DNA of 64,000 bases from Candidatus Falkowbacteria bacterium GW2011_GWF2_43_32 (GCA_000999715.1 LCGL01000001.1:67139-131138), one strand, 5' to 3'. Positions 1 to 11,024 are shown, counted from the first letter of the stretch. Numbers and translations: made by a program. Notes: generated by a model from the letters alone, not told the origin.

Positions 1-5
1 TAAAA

Positions 6-977
6 TTAACGAGAAATTTTTAATTTTTTCCACCAAGCGACATTATCTTTATACCAGGCGATGGTCCGGCGCAAACCGTCGGCAAAATCAATCTGCGGCT
101 CCCAGCCCAACTCTTTTTGCGCCTTGCCGAAATCAATCGCATAACGCCGATCATGCCCGGGTCGATCGGGCACATATTCGATCATATCTTCGCCTTGTTC
201 CATCAATTGCAAAATCATCTTGGTCATTTCCATTCCGGTTTTTTCATTACCGCCTCCCAGACAATAAGTTTCACCGATTCTTCCCTTTTTGATTATCATC
301 TCCACGCCGCGATTATGATCGTCGACATGAATCCAATCGCGAACGCATTCGCCGCGACCGAAGACCGGCACCTTCTCGCCGGCCATCAATCTGGTCGTAA
401 ACAACGGAATTAATTTTTCCGGATATTGATAAGGACCGTAATTATTGGAACAATTGGAAATGCTTATCGGCAAATTATGAGTATGATAATAAGCGCGAAC
501 CAAGTGATCGGAAGCGGCTTTGGAAGCGCTGTAAGGAGAACGGGGATCATAAGGCGTTTGTTCGTTGAACTTCGGCGAATCAAAATCCAAAGAACCGAAA
601 ACCTCGTCGGTGGACACATGATGAAAACGAATATGGCCGTTATTTTTGGCGGCGTCTAAAAGAACACGCGTTCCCTCGACATTAGTTTTGATGAAATCGG
701 CGCTGTCTTTGATGGAGCGATCCACGTGGCTCTCGGCGGCAAAATGAACTATCAAATCAACTCCTTTAACCAAATCGTTAACCAAGGCGGCATCGCAAAT
801 ATCGCCCCGAACAAATTTATAATTGGGATGGTTTTCCACGTCTTTCAAATTATCGAGATTGCCGGCATAGGTCAGAAGATCGAGATTGATTAACTGATCC
901 TCCGGACAATTCTGCAACCAATAATGTATGAAATTGGAACCGATGAATCCGGCACCGCCGGTAATTAAAATTTTCAT
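6..977 (-). CDS. rfbB: dTDP-glucose 4,6-dehydratase
   Basis: GGAGFIG NAD motif, HFAAESHVDRS, STDEVFG, YSASK, DRPGHDRRY. Confidence 0.95.
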   Translation of the reverse strand: MKILITGGAGFIGSNFIHYWLQNCPEDQLINLDLLTYAGNLDNLKDVENHPNYKFVRGDICDAALVNDLVKGVDLIVHFAAESHVDRSIKDSADFIKTNVEGTRVLLDAAKNNGHIRFHHVSTDEVFGSLDFDSPKFNEQTPYDPRSPYSASKAASDHLVRAYYHTHNLPISISNCSNNYGPYQYPEKLIPLFTTRLMAGEKVPVFGRGECVRDWIHVDDHNRGVEMIIKKGRIGETYCLGGGNEKTGMEMTKMILQLMEQGEDMIEYVPDRPGHDRRYAIDFGKAQKELGWEPQIDFADGLRRTIAWYKDNVAWWKKLKISR

Positions 978-979
978 AT

Positions 980-1375
980 TTAATTTTTTAAAATCTCTAA
1001 CATTTTTTCCGCTTCCCCGGATCCGTAGTCAACGTGCAACCATGTCGGATAACCGTCATCCCGATGCCGCGGAATAAGATGAAAATGAAGATGCGGAACG
1101 GTTTGTCCGGCGGTTGCGCCGTTATTCAAAATAACGTTATAGCCCTCCAAGTTCAATCTTGCTTTCAACCGTTCGCCGATTTTTTTGACGACCACGATCA
1201 AATCTTGCAATTCAAGAACGGGAATTTCTTCCAAATTCCGGTAATGTTGTTTGAGAATAACCAGCGTGTGACCGGGATTGACCGGACGCACATCCAAAAA
1301 AGCGAGAACCCGCTCGTTTTCATAAACCTTCTTCGCCGGAATTTCACCGCTGACGATTTGGCAAAAAATACACAT
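980..1375 (-). CDS. HIT family nucleotide hydrolase
   Basis: N-terminal CIFC and HLHFH histidine triad. Confidence 0.93.
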   Translation of the reverse strand: MCIFCQIVSGEIPAKKVYENERVLAFLDVRPVNPGHTLVILKQHYRNLEEIPVLELQDLIVVVKKIGERLKARLNLEGYNVILNNGATAGQTVPHLHFHLIPRHRDDGYPTWLHVDYGSGEAEKMLEILKN

Positions 1376-1440
1376 ATAATTGATTTAATGACGTCTTATC
1401 GGCCCCCTGACGTCATCTGATTAAATCCTCGCTCCGCAAT

Positions 1441-1893
1441 TTAATCTATCTGATAAGGGCTGTCTTCTTTATTCTCCCAGCGAATCTCATCAACCGTTTC
1501 TTTTTTGCCGACGCCGCCATAAAGCTGATTCGGTAAATTGATGCTTAAGGCCGGAATGTCGGAAATACATTTATAGCCGTGCACCACGCCCGGAGGAATA
1601 ATCACCAAAGAAGGATTCTCTTCTCCGACTTCCAACACCAATTTTTCTCCTCGTGTCGCGGAATCTTCCCGACGGTCCCATAAATATAAGCGGAAACTGC
1701 CCGGACCGAGAAAAACAAAACAATCGCTTTGACTGACATGTTCGTGCGGACCGCGCCTCACGCCGGGGTTAGTCAAACTGACGTAAGACATCGCCGGCCG
1801 AAAATCGGATTCGTCATTACGCCATACTTCGGACAACCACCCGCGCTCGTCTCGATTCTTGTCGAGTTTTTTGATAATCAAATCTTTAATCAT
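1441..1893 (-). CDS. rfbC: dTDP-4-dehydrorhamnose 3,5-epimerase family cupin
   Basis: DERGW, RGPHEH, IPPGVVHG motifs; next to rfbB. Confidence 0.85.
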   Translation of the reverse strand: MIKDLIIKKLDKNRDERGWLSEVWRNDESDFRPAMSYVSLTNPGVRRGPHEHVSQSDCFVFLGPGSFRLYLWDRREDSATRGEKLVLEVGEENPSLVIIPPGVVHGYKCISDIPALSINLPNQLYGGVGKKETVDEIRWENKEDSPYQID

Positions 1894-1903
1894 AAAAATA
1901 TCG

Positions 1904-2923
1904 TTAATTTTTCGGTCGCTTTTTCCCGACCGTTTTCAACAAACCGTCTTGAGCGCCCAGATGAGCCACCTTGGCGGCCGCATTTCTGACACTCAAACGC
2001 AAAGCGCGATTAATATCGCCGTCAAACAAAACCAGTCCGGCGGCAAAAGTGGAATTAAACACGTCACCGACACCGGTGGTGTCCACGCGACGGCTTTCTT
2101 GTTTGATCGGCTGATAATAAATCTGCTGTCCGTCATAGACCTTCACGCCGCTCTGACCCATGGTAATCATTACGATCTTCGGACCGAAGCTCTTGATGAT
2201 TTTTAAAAGATTGTCGGTATCGTTTAAAACGGCGCGACCCAAACGGCGATGTTCGGCCGAGCTCAAAACCAATTCTATCGCCTCATCTTTATTCAAAGCA
2301 AAAATCGTCGTTTTCTTTAAAAAAGCCGCGATTTTTTTCAATCCGGCCCGACATTGCGTCGTTCCGGGATTCCAAGAAATCTGCGGCCGACTTTGGCCGG
2401 TACCGACGGAAGCGCACACGGAAAAAACTTTTTTTAATTTATTTTCCCAATCGCCCGATAAAGAGGCGATATGAATATTTCGCGCCGCGCGCAAAGCCTT
2501 TAATTGCGGACCGTCAATCGTCAAACTACGATTGGCGCCGCGCGAACCGAAAATAACCCGTTCGCCGGTCGGCGCCACCAAGATAAAAGAAGTGCCGCTT
2601 TCCGTCCCCTTGATAACGGACAACAGGCGCGTATCGATATTCCGGTTTTTTAAATTGGCAACAATCAAGCGACCGCCCTCGTCCGTGCCGATGGCCGCCA
2701 AGCAAGCGGTTCGGAAACCGAAATTGGCCAGACAGACGGCCGAATTGGCCGCGCCGCCGCCGAAAGAATAGTAAAATTTATCCACTTTGATTTTCGCGCC
2801 ATATTCAAAAGCCAACAATTCCTGACGCAAAACGTCCCGACGATTATCAATCAATACGCCTTGATCGGTAAAAAAAGAAATGTCGCGAGTCGCTCCGCCA
2901 ACGGTGATAAAATCGTATTTCAT
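1904..2923 (-). CDS. PfkB family carbohydrate kinase
   Basis: GGGAANSA and DTTGVGDVF signatures. Confidence 0.9.
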   Translation of the reverse strand: MKYDFITVGGATRDISFFTDQGVLIDNRRDVLRQELLAFEYGAKIKVDKFYYSFGGGAANSAVCLANFGFRTACLAAIGTDEGGRLIVANLKNRNIDTRLLSVIKGTESGTSFILVAPTGERVIFGSRGANRSLTIDGPQLKALRAARNIHIASLSGDWENKLKKVFSVCASVGTGQSRPQISWNPGTTQCRAGLKKIAAFLKKTTIFALNKDEAIELVLSSAEHRRLGRAVLNDTDNLLKIIKSFGPKIVMITMGQSGVKVYDGQQIYYQPIKQESRRVDTTGVGDVFNSTFAAGLVLFDGDINRALRLSVRNAAAKVAHLGAQDGLLKTVGKKRPKN

Positions 2924-2949
2924 ATAAGTGATCCTTTAATAAAATAATA

Positions 2950-3492
2950 TCATAAAAGGGGCTTTTTCTCCAGGAAAAACGGTTGCAGACGACGAGTCAA
3001 AATGCCGGCGAAATTAAAAGTCAACAGAGCAACAATCAAACTCCAGGCGCTCTGATAAGCCAGTGCTCGCCAAAAATTACCGTCAACCAGAAAAAACGCC
3101 GCTTGATCGTACGCCGATAAAGACAAGAGAATCTCTTTGGTTATATTATAAACAATCGTCGCCGATAAAATTAACGCCAAAAACGAATATAAAGAGCGAT
3201 TGGTCAGCCAAGAAACGGACAACCAGTGAGCGCAGGCGGCTGTCAAAAATAAAGCGATCAAATACAAGCCGAAAAAATTGAAAGAAATCAGGTCCAGCCA
3301 AAAACCGGCGATGAGTGCCGTCCAGACGGCCGTCCGAAAATCGAAAAAAAATAAAAAAAACAGCAAAACAATCACCACCAGATTAATTTGTCCGAAAAAT
3401 TCCGGCAAAGAAGACAAAAAAGAAAATTGCGCCAAAGCCGCGGCGGAGACAAAAACAAGAAAAAAAATAATCTGCCCGATTTTTTTAAACAT
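2950..3492 (-). CDS. mreD: MreD-like membrane protein
   Basis: Hydrophobic multi-TM protein directly downstream of mreBC; AGFWLDL motif. Confidence 0.65.
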   Translation of the reverse strand: MFKKIGQIIFFLVFVSAAALAQFSFLSSLPEFFGQINLVVIVLLFFLFFFDFRTAVWTALIAGFWLDLISFNFFGLYLIALFLTAACAHWLSVSWLTNRSLYSFLALILSATIVYNITKEILLSLSAYDQAAFFLVDGNFWRALAYQSAWSLIVALLTFNFAGILTRRLQPFFLEKKPLL

Positions 3493-3517
3493 AAGCTGGC
3501 TTGATAAACCGAATAAA

Positions 3518-4318
3518 TCAAGGAATGATTACGGATACGACCGTCAGGCTGTTTAAATTAACCAACGGCTCAATGGTCGCCGATTGCCAAACCTCGTTGC
3601 TGGCATTTTGAACTTGGGTCACTTTACCGATAATCAAACCGCGCGGAATACCGCCGCCGAGACCGGAAGTAACCACCGTATCGCCCGGAGCGATTTGATC
3701 CAATTGCGGAATATAATTCATCCGAACGGTCAACCCTAAATCGCCATCGGTAATGCCTTGAGTCTTATCCTGATTTTGAATGGCCGCCGCCAATTGACAA
3801 CGCGGACTGGTCGTCAAACAAATTTTGGCGGTAGCGTCCTTCACTTCCACCACTTGCCCGACGATTACGCCTTCGGCGCTCACTACGCCCAAACCGGAGC
3901 GCAGGCCGTCCCGACTGCCGCGATTGATAATCAAATCGTAATTATCGGCCGCCGTCGTTTCTCGGGCGATGATATTGGCCACCACCGCTTGAAAATTATT
4001 GACATTCAAAAATTGCAAAGTTTCACGCAATCTTTTATTCTCCTCAACCGTCTCTGCGCAACGGGAATCGGCCACCGTCAATTGAGCGACCGTGGCGGTC
4101 AAATCACTAACTTTTTTCTCCAAATCTTCCTTATTTTGCGCCGCTTCGTAAGAGCCGTTCAGCGCGACGCCGTCTTGATAAAAACGAGCCAAAAACGGCT
4201 TAGTCAAAAATAACAACAGATTTTCCGCCGGACGCAAAGCGCCGACCCCATGTAAAAAAACGAGCAGTCCACCGGCTACCAAAAAAATTACGATCGGCTT
4301 GTTTTTTTTGATGATCAT
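3518..4318 (-). CDS. mreC: Rod shape-determining protein MreC
   Basis: N-terminal TM, coiled coil (EENKRLRETL), GDTVVTSGLGG..P.G..IG.V. Confidence 0.93.
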   Translation of the reverse strand: MIIKKNKPIVIFLVAGGLLVFLHGVGALRPAENLLLFLTKPFLARFYQDGVALNGSYEAAQNKEDLEKKVSDLTATVAQLTVADSRCAETVEENKRLRETLQFLNVNNFQAVVANIIARETTAADNYDLIINRGSRDGLRSGLGVVSAEGVIVGQVVEVKDATAKICLTTSPRCQLAAAIQNQDKTQGITDGDLGLTVRMNYIPQLDQIAPGDTVVTSGLGGGIPRGLIIGKVTQVQNASNEVWQSATIEPLVNLNSLTVVSVIIP

Positions 4319-4351
4319 CGGATTGACCGCCGATTATCGCCTGACATTTCT

Positions 4352-5392
4352 TTACTCCAGATTATTCGGCAAAATAACTTTTTCCAAAAGCTCTTTATTG
4401 TTAAGCAAAATACCGGTACCGCGCGCCACGCAAGTCAAAGGATCGTCCACGATTTTAACCGGAATTTTTGTGGCCGCGGAAATGGCTTTATCCAAACCGC
4501 GCAGTAAAGCACCGCCGCCGGACAAATATAAACCGCGCTCGTAAATGTCGGAGACCAATTCGGGCGGCGTAGTTTCCAAAATAGTTTTGATATTTTCAAT
4601 GATTTTGACGACGGTGCGATTAATCGCTTCCCTGATTTGTTTATCGCTCACCATCAAAGCTTTCGGCAGACCGGTCAAAAGATCGCGACCGCGCACCTCT
4701 ATCTCCTGCGGTTCCTCCAAAGGCACGGCCGAGCCGACGGCGATTTTGATGCTTTCCGCCAATTGTTCGCCGATTAAAATATTGAATTCTTCGCGAACAT
4801 ATTCAATAATATTATTGTCAAATTCATTGCCGGCCGCGCGTAAAGATTTCCAAGTGACGACGCCGCCCAAAGAAATAACGGCAATTTCCGTCGTGCCGCC
4901 GCCGATATCCACCATCATCGTGGCGGTTGCTTCCGTCACCGGCAAACGCGCACCGATAGCCGCGGCCATCGCTTCATCAATCAAGTAAACACGCCGCGCT
5001 CCGGCCGATTTGGCCGCGTCTTCCACGGCTTTTTTTTCTACCTCGGTCAAATCCAACGGAATGCCGATGACCACGCGCGGCCGAGGAATCAGCGCGAAAT
5101 TTTCCGCGTGAACTTTATTGATAAAATATTTCAACATTTTTTCCGTTACTTCAAAATCGGAAATTACGCCGTCCACCAAAGGCTTAATCGCTTCAATATG
5201 CCCGGGTGTCTTGCCCACCATTTTTTTGGCCGCTTCGCCGACTTCCAAAATTTCATTGGTGCGCTTGTTAATCGCCACGACGCTCGGTTCGTTAACGGTA
5301 ATTCCTTTGCCGACAACATAAACCAGGGTATTCTTCGTACCCAAATCTATCCCCAAATCATGACTAAATTTTCCGAGCAATTTATTGAACAT
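4352..5392 (-). CDS. mreB: Rod shape-determining protein MreB
   Basis: GIDLGT, EPSVVA, DIGGGTTE, GGGALLRG. Confidence 0.97.
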   Translation of the reverse strand: MFNKLLGKFSHDLGIDLGTKNTLVYVVGKGITVNEPSVVAINKRTNEILEVGEAAKKMVGKTPGHIEAIKPLVDGVISDFEVTEKMLKYFINKVHAENFALIPRPRVVIGIPLDLTEVEKKAVEDAAKSAGARRVYLIDEAMAAAIGARLPVTEATATMMVDIGGGTTEIAVISLGGVVTWKSLRAAGNEFDNNIIEYVREEFNILIGEQLAESIKIAVGSAVPLEEPQEIEVRGRDLLTGLPKALMVSDKQIREAINRTVVKIIENIKTILETTPPELVSDIYERGLYLSGGGALLRGLDKAISAATKIPVKIVDDPLTCVARGTGILLNNKELLEKVILPNNLE

Positions 5393-5395
5393 AAA

Positions 5396-6622
5396 TTATT
5401 TTAATTTAAGCGCCAAAGCGTCGATTTTTACCAGCTCACCTTTATCATCCGCCCGCTTTTTCAATTCCACGCTATCTTGACTCAAAGTTTTTTTGCTGAC
5501 CACGACGCGATACGGGCAACCGATCAAATCCGCATCGGCAAATTTCTCTCCGGCCGATAAATCGCGATCGTCATATAGCACTTCCGATCCGGCCGAAGTC
5601 AATTGATCATAAATTTCGTCTGCGGTCTGATTTTCGTTCAAAGACACCAAATGCGCTCGGAACGGAGCGACACTGGCCGGCCAAATGATTCCCCGATCAT
5701 CATGATAAGTTTCCACAATCGTTCCCAACGCTCTACTCGGACCGATGCCGTAACAACCCATAATCACCGGTTGTTCCCGGCCGGCCGCATCCTTATATTT
5801 CACTTCAAACGGAGCGGAGAATTTCGTGCCCAGTTTAAAAATATTGCCGACCTCGATTGCTTTCATCTCCGCTAATTTCTCGTTGCCGCATAAGGGACAA
5901 GTTTTCTGTTCGGCGACAATTTCCTGATTGACGGCCACACGACACTGATTGCAAACATGAATCCGATCTTCGCCCTCTTCCGCCAAAGTTTGAAACTCAT
6001 GGGAATATTTGGCGAAAGAACCGCCGGACGCATAGGTCAAATAAGTGTTGTCTCCCAAACCCAAACGCTGAAAAATTTTAAAATATGCTTGGATGACGCG
6101 CTCGTAATAAGCGTCCAAATCCGCTTCGTCGACATGGAAAGAATATAAATCTTTCATCAGAAATTCCCGGCCGCGCAATAAACCGGCTTTAGCCCGTTTC
6201 TCGTTACGAAATTTAGTCTGAATTTGATAAACGCCGAAAGGCAAATCTTTATAAGAAAAAATGTTTTTGCCGGCCAAAGGAGTGACCACCTCTTCATGCG
6301 TCGCCCCCAAAGCATATTCCCGTTGATCGTTGCCGGATAAGCGAAATAAAGCGTCAAAGGTGGCCCAACGATCGGTCGCCTGCCAATTTTCTTTGGGAAT
6401 CAAGGCCGCCATCAATATTTCCTGACCACCGATATTGTCTATTTCCTCGCGAATAATTTGGCAAATTTTATCCAACACCCGCTTGCCTAAAGGCAAATAA
6501 GAATAAATACCCGCCCCGGTCTTGTCGACAAAACCGGCGCGAATCAATGCTTGCGCATTATAGCTGGCCTCGTCTTTCGGCAACTCTTTGACAGTTTTGG
6601 TGAAAAGCTGAGATTGTCTCAT
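5396..6622 (-). CDS. proS: Proline--tRNA ligase (short form lacking the editing insertion)
   Basis: MRQSQLF start, THEE, FRNEKR..GLLRGREF.MKD.YSF, MGCYGIG. Confidence 0.95.
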   Translation of the reverse strand: MRQSQLFTKTVKELPKDEASYNAQALIRAGFVDKTGAGIYSYLPLGKRVLDKICQIIREEIDNIGGQEILMAALIPKENWQATDRWATFDALFRLSGNDQREYALGATHEEVVTPLAGKNIFSYKDLPFGVYQIQTKFRNEKRAKAGLLRGREFLMKDLYSFHVDEADLDAYYERVIQAYFKIFQRLGLGDNTYLTYASGGSFAKYSHEFQTLAEEGEDRIHVCNQCRVAVNQEIVAEQKTCPLCGNEKLAEMKAIEVGNIFKLGTKFSAPFEVKYKDAAGREQPVIMGCYGIGPSRALGTIVETYHDDRGIIWPASVAPFRAHLVSLNENQTADEIYDQLTSAGSEVLYDDRDLSAGEKFADADLIGCPYRVVVSKKTLSQDSVELKKRADDKGELVKIDALALKLK

Positions 6623-6696
6623 AAATAAAGATTATTTTATTCTTATACTAACGAAAAAAAACCGGCTTGTAAAGCGCATTTTTGACCGCGCGCCGA

Positions 6697-7275
6697 TCAA
6701 CGTCGCGCCATTTTTTTCAATGCTTCCTTCACTCTTTCCCCGCTGTCTTTCACGTCCGAACCGACGGCATTTAAAGCCGAGCGCGCTTCGGACAAAGAAT
6801 ATCCCAAAGACATCAGCGCCTCCAATTCGTCACTGCCGCCCGGACCGGTCAAGGTCGCCGTCACCGCTCCGCCGATACGAACGATTTTATTTTTCAATTC
6901 CAAAACTACACGTTCCGCCGTTTTTTTGCCGATACCGGCCACCTTGGTCAACAAACCGGCATCGTCGCGAGCAATCGCTTCTTTGATATCGTCGGCCGTC
7001 GCTAAAGACAAAACTCCCAGAGCCGACTTCGGACCGACGCCGGAAACGGTTAAAAGCAATTCAAACAATTCCAAATCTTCCGCCGTTTTGAAACCGTACA
7101 AATCATCGGCTTCTTCGCGGACATGATGATGCGTATAAACTTCCGCTTCCGCGCCGACTTTCAAATCATTAAGCAGATTCTCGCCGGCATAAATCCGATA
7201 ACCGATATCGCCGGTTTCCAATACGACGTAATTTAAAGTTTTGGCGATTGCCCGTCCGCGCAAAAATGAAATCAT
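6697..7275 (-). CDS. ruvA: Holliday junction branch migration protein RuvA
   Basis: VSGVGPKSAL, GIGKKTAERVVLELK, ALMSLGY. Confidence 0.96.
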   Translation of the reverse strand: MISFLRGRAIAKTLNYVVLETGDIGYRIYAGENLLNDLKVGAEAEVYTHHHVREEADDLYGFKTAEDLELFELLLTVSGVGPKSALGVLSLATADDIKEAIARDDAGLLTKVAGIGKKTAERVVLELKNKIVRIGGAVTATLTGPGGSDELEALMSLGYSLSEARSALNAVGSDVKDSGERVKEALKKMARR

Positions 7276-7292
7276 ATTGATAATTTGCTTGT

Positions 7293-8561
7293 TTAATTTA
7301 TTTTTCTTCTCAGCACCGTTCCGATCGGAACTGCGCCGGCCGCGGCCGGTATTTCCAAAATTGCCTGGCGACGACCGCCGCCACCGTGCGCTTCAAGCAA
7401 CTTGGCGCCGGTTTTGGCGTCCCAAAGCTGTCGCGGCTTTGTCTTTATTATATCATATTCCGGCTTAATAATCTCGACGCTGTCGCCGACTTTGACGGTA
7501 TTGTGAACCGTAAAATATATCCGTCGAACGCCGGCTTTTGCCGCCCCGGATTTAATCACTTGTCCGCAAAATTCCCAAGCGCTGGCTTGATGAGAATTAA
7601 CGATGTTTTGATCGGCTCGCCCGCCCGACAAAAAGCCGGACGTATAACCGCGATGCGTCACTTTATCTGTCAACTCCTTATATAAAAGATTCGTTTCTTT
7701 CTGCCATCGCGCCGCGGAAATCGGAGCGGCCAATAAATTCAAAGCACGACGATAAATTCCCGTGATCGTCGCTTGATAATAAACGCTTTTGGCGCGTCCT
7801 TCAATTTTAAAACTGGTCACGCCGGCCGCCCTTAACTCTCTTAAATATTTCAATAAACATAAATCCCGGGAATTCAATAAGTAGGCGCCGTGTTTTTCTT
7901 CCACCAACTCTAAAATCTCTTCATGACCGCCGGCTTTAATTTCATAACGATTGACATCATATTTCCAGCGGCACGGCTGAGCGCAATCTCCCAGATTGGC
8001 GCTCCGATCAACGAATAATTTGGATAAAAAACAACGGCCGGAGTAAGCCATGCACATCGCACCATGCACGAAATATTCCAACTCCACGGCCGGCGCGGCC
8101 CGATGAATCTCTTTTATTTCTTTCAGCGTCACTTCACGCCCCAAGATAATACGTTTGATTCCTCGACGCGCCCAAAACTTCACCGCCTCCGAGTTGGTGC
8201 AATTCGCTTGCGTGGACAAATGAATCTCCGCGGCCGGCCAATATTTTTTAACGACGGCGATGACGCCGGGATCGGAAACAATCAGCGCGTCAACCTTCAA
8301 CGCTCGCAATTGTTTCAGATAAGCCGGCAATTTTTTAAAATGTCGATTATGAGCGAAGATATTAATGGTAACATAAACTTTTTTCTTGGCCGCTTGCGCA
8401 TATTTGACGGCCATCTTGATTCCGGCCAAATTAAAATCATTGATTCTGACGCGCAAAGAAAAATCAGGCAGACCCAAATAAACAGCATCCGCCCCGTAAG
8501 TAAAAGCGGTTTTCATTTTCAATAAATTTCCGGCCGGCGCCAATAATTCCAATTTTTTCAT
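7293..8561 (-). CDS. Peptidase U32 family protein (TrhP/YegQ-like RNA hydroxylation)
   Basis: ELLAPAG, HGAMCMAYSGRC...CAQPCR Fe-S motif, KIEGR. Confidence 0.9.
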   Translation of the reverse strand: MKKLELLAPAGNLLKMKTAFTYGADAVYLGLPDFSLRVRINDFNLAGIKMAVKYAQAAKKKVYVTINIFAHNRHFKKLPAYLKQLRALKVDALIVSDPGVIAVVKKYWPAAEIHLSTQANCTNSEAVKFWARRGIKRIILGREVTLKEIKEIHRAAPAVELEYFVHGAMCMAYSGRCFLSKLFVDRSANLGDCAQPCRWKYDVNRYEIKAGGHEEILELVEEKHGAYLLNSRDLCLLKYLRELRAAGVTSFKIEGRAKSVYYQATITGIYRRALNLLAAPISAARWQKETNLLYKELTDKVTHRGYTSGFLSGGRADQNIVNSHQASAWEFCGQVIKSGAAKAGVRRIYFTVHNTVKVGDSVEIIKPEYDIIKTKPRQLWDAKTGAKLLEAHGGGGRRQAILEIPAAAGAVPIGTVLRRKIN

Positions 8562-8708
8562 ATATTAGCCAATATTTTACTCAATCATAGTATAGTACAA
8601 TTTTATGTTTAAATAAATATTGACAATATCATATAAAAATGTTTAAATAGCCGCTTGCTATTGACAAAAAAGAAATAAAATATAATAATTGACAAACAAG
8701 GATAATCA

Positions 8709-9167
8709 ATGGGCGCCCGTGAGGGCCTTATAAACAGCACTTTCACAAACAATCAAAAAAATCAAATTATGATAACAATCACCTTAATGACCATTTGCCA
8801 GCTCCGGGAGTTTCGCCGCAAGATCAATCGTCCCTATCATTTTTTTCTTATCTCGGCTTGGGATCGCGATCGCCGGGTTGACTCTTTCCGACTGAGTTTC
8901 GTCGATCATGACAATCGAGCGACCACGCTTACGGAACGGATACAAAAACACACTATCGTCGCCGTTAAAAAAAATGAAAAAATCACTTTCTTCACTCTCA
9001 ACTCCTGTTGGAAATTAAAAATCCAAGAGTTGAAAATAAAATCGGAATTTTTCATTCCCGATTTCATCATTCCGGCTTTGGAAACAAAAGAGGCCGAACC
9101 GGAACAAGAACAGGAAATGATTAAATTTTTTCCGAAAAAAACCATAGATGAATGCTTGCTCAATTAA
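8709..9167 (+). CDS. Hypothetical protein (true start may be 8769)
   Basis: Only sizeable ORF between an AT-rich promoter-like gap and a terminator; no recognisable motif. Confidence 0.55.
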   Translation: MGAREGLINSTFTNNQKNQIMITITLMTICQLREFRRKINRPYHFFLISAWDRDRRVDSFRLSFVDHDNRATTLTERIQKHTIVAVKKNEKITFFTLNSCWKLKIQELKIKSEFFIPDFIIPALETKEAEPEQEQEMIKFFPKKTIDECLLN

Positions 9168-9175
9168 GCTCATCT

Positions 9176-9206
9176 AAAAACCCTTCCGATAAAGAAGGGT
9201 TTTTTA
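9176..9206. terminator. Intrinsic terminator, probably bidirectional
   Basis: AAAAACCCTTC-cgataaa-GAAGGGTTTTT between convergent genes. Confidence 0.75.
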
Positions 9207-9246
9207 TTTCCGCAAAATAATCGTAAAAAAATAAGTTTTATTCCAT

Positions 9247-10200
9247 CTACGCCTTGAATCTTTTGACGCGGATAATTCCGGAAGTCGGAACGACGTTTAT
9301 TCCCCGCTTTTCCAATTCATCCAGCAACAAATTCATGCCCAAAGAATCGGAAGCCATATGGCCGGCGATAATAACATTGATATGATATTTTTCCGCTTCT
9401 CTGCGATGTTCCTCGCTCATGTGCATGCCGATAACCGTGCCGATCCCGTACTGCGACATTTTTTCGTATATATCTTTGGAGCCGTCCGTACCGCCGGTAA
9501 ATTCAGTCACTACGATTTTGCCGCAACTGCGCTCTCGGTCGCCGGCAAAAATCATCGGTCCGGCTTTCTTGGCTACGGCCGCCGCATATTCCGGGATAGC
9601 TTTCAGCAAATCAACCACCTCGCCCACGGTATCCAAATCTTTTTCTTTCTTCTTCAAAAGCTTCACCAAAAAATCCGCCCCCAAATTATCGGCCGGCGTA
9701 TGAACGCACATAAAATCCAAATCCAACAGTCGGGCCATATCCACCGCACGATCGTGATTGACCGGAGAAACACCACGACTCACTTCGCTGATGCGCGGTT
9801 TGATGACCGATTCGGCCACATTGATCGGCAGACCGTAATCGGCCAACACCTGAGCCTGCAAATGCATGACATCCGACAAATCGGCCAAAGCCCTTCCCTC
9901 GGGATGATGAGCGATGACCAAATCGATATCGCCCAATTGCTTGGCCAATAATAATTCCGGACCTTCCATATCAATGTCGACCAACACTTTTTTGACCGGT
10001 TTCATTCGACTATATAAAATTCGCGTATCCGAATACGGATTGGTCAATTTCTCCCGATCGAATTCAGCCCGCGCTTTTTGAGGCGCGTCTTCATAATTCT
10101 TTTTGATTCGCGCCAAATATTTTTTAACCGCGGCCGGACCGCGTAAATCGGCTTTGATGCCTAGATTAACGGCCAAGTCGTAAATTTGTTGAGTAGTCAT
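9247..10200 (-). CDS. NIF3 (NGG1p-interacting factor 3) family protein
   Basis: IAHHPEG, HTPADN, AGHMASDSLG metal-binding motifs. Confidence 0.8.
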   Translation of the reverse strand: MTTQQIYDLAVNLGIKADLRGPAAVKKYLARIKKNYEDAPQKARAEFDREKLTNPYSDTRILYSRMKPVKKVLVDIDMEGPELLLAKQLGDIDLVIAHHPEGRALADLSDVMHLQAQVLADYGLPINVAESVIKPRISEVSRGVSPVNHDRAVDMARLLDLDFMCVHTPADNLGADFLVKLLKKKEKDLDTVGEVVDLLKAIPEYAAAVAKKAGPMIFAGDRERSCGKIVVTEFTGGTDGSKDIYEKMSQYGIGTVIGMHMSEEHRREAEKYHINVIIAGHMASDSLGMNLLLDELEKRGINVVPTSGIIRVKRFKA

Positions 10201-10247
10201 AAATTTCGTCTAATCTTCATAAATTAGAATTTAGTTTTTACCGTCGT

Positions 10248-11024
10248 TTAAGCTTGCTTGTCGGTTTGAGTCTGATTGAGATTCTTTTTAAAACTGGTAA
10301 AAGCTTTTAAGATTTCCACCGGCGTGACAAAAACCACCGTGTTGGACTGATCGCTGGACATATCGTTGATGGATTGGAGCGTCCGCAAATGCAAGGCGCC
10401 GTCCGATTGCGCCAAAATGGCGGCGGCCTTGGAAATGTTTTCCGCCGCGGCCAGTTCGCCTTCGGAATTGATTATCACCGCGCGTTTTTCGCGTTCCGCT
10501 TCCGCTTGTTTGGCAATCGTTCTTTCCATCGATTCCGGCAAAGAAACATCTTTCAATTCCACATTATTCACTTTCAAACCCCAATTATCGGTTTCCTTAT
10601 CGACTATCTCCCTGATTTTTTCGGCAATCTTTTCCCGTTGACCGAGCAAATCGTCCAAAGTCACTTCGCCAACGATATTGCGCATCGTCGTCTGGGCATA
10701 TTGCGAAATGGCATAATAAAAATTTTCCACTTCAATCACCGCCTTTTCGGCTGCCGCCACCTTGTAATAAATAACGGCATTGACCATCACCGGTACGTTA
10801 TCGCGGGTAATCGCTTTCTGATCCGGCACGTCAACGGCTTTGACGCGCATATCCACCTTTTTATAAGTTTGAAAAATCGGAATCAAAATTTTCCAACCCG
10901 GTGTCATGATGCCGGAATACTTGCCCATCGTGAAACGGACGCCCCGCTCGTATTGATTGATCTGTTTCAACGTCGATAAAATCAAAATTCCGACGATGAT
11001 TAAAAATGTAATTGAACCTCCCAT
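10248..11024 (-). CDS. SPFH/band 7 (stomatin-like) protein
   Basis: N-terminal TM, QYERGV, AQTTMRNIVG, AEAEREKRA; start placed at MGGSITF. Confidence 0.93.
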   Translation of the reverse strand: MGGSITFLIIVGILILSTLKQINQYERGVRFTMGKYSGIMTPGWKILIPIFQTYKKVDMRVKAVDVPDQKAITRDNVPVMVNAVIYYKVAAAEKAVIEVENFYYAISQYAQTTMRNIVGEVTLDDLLGQREKIAEKIREIVDKETDNWGLKVNNVELKDVSLPESMERTIAKQAEAEREKRAVIINSEGELAAAENISKAAAILAQSDGALHLRTLQSINDMSSDQSNTVVFVTPVEILKAFTSFKKNLNQTQTDKQA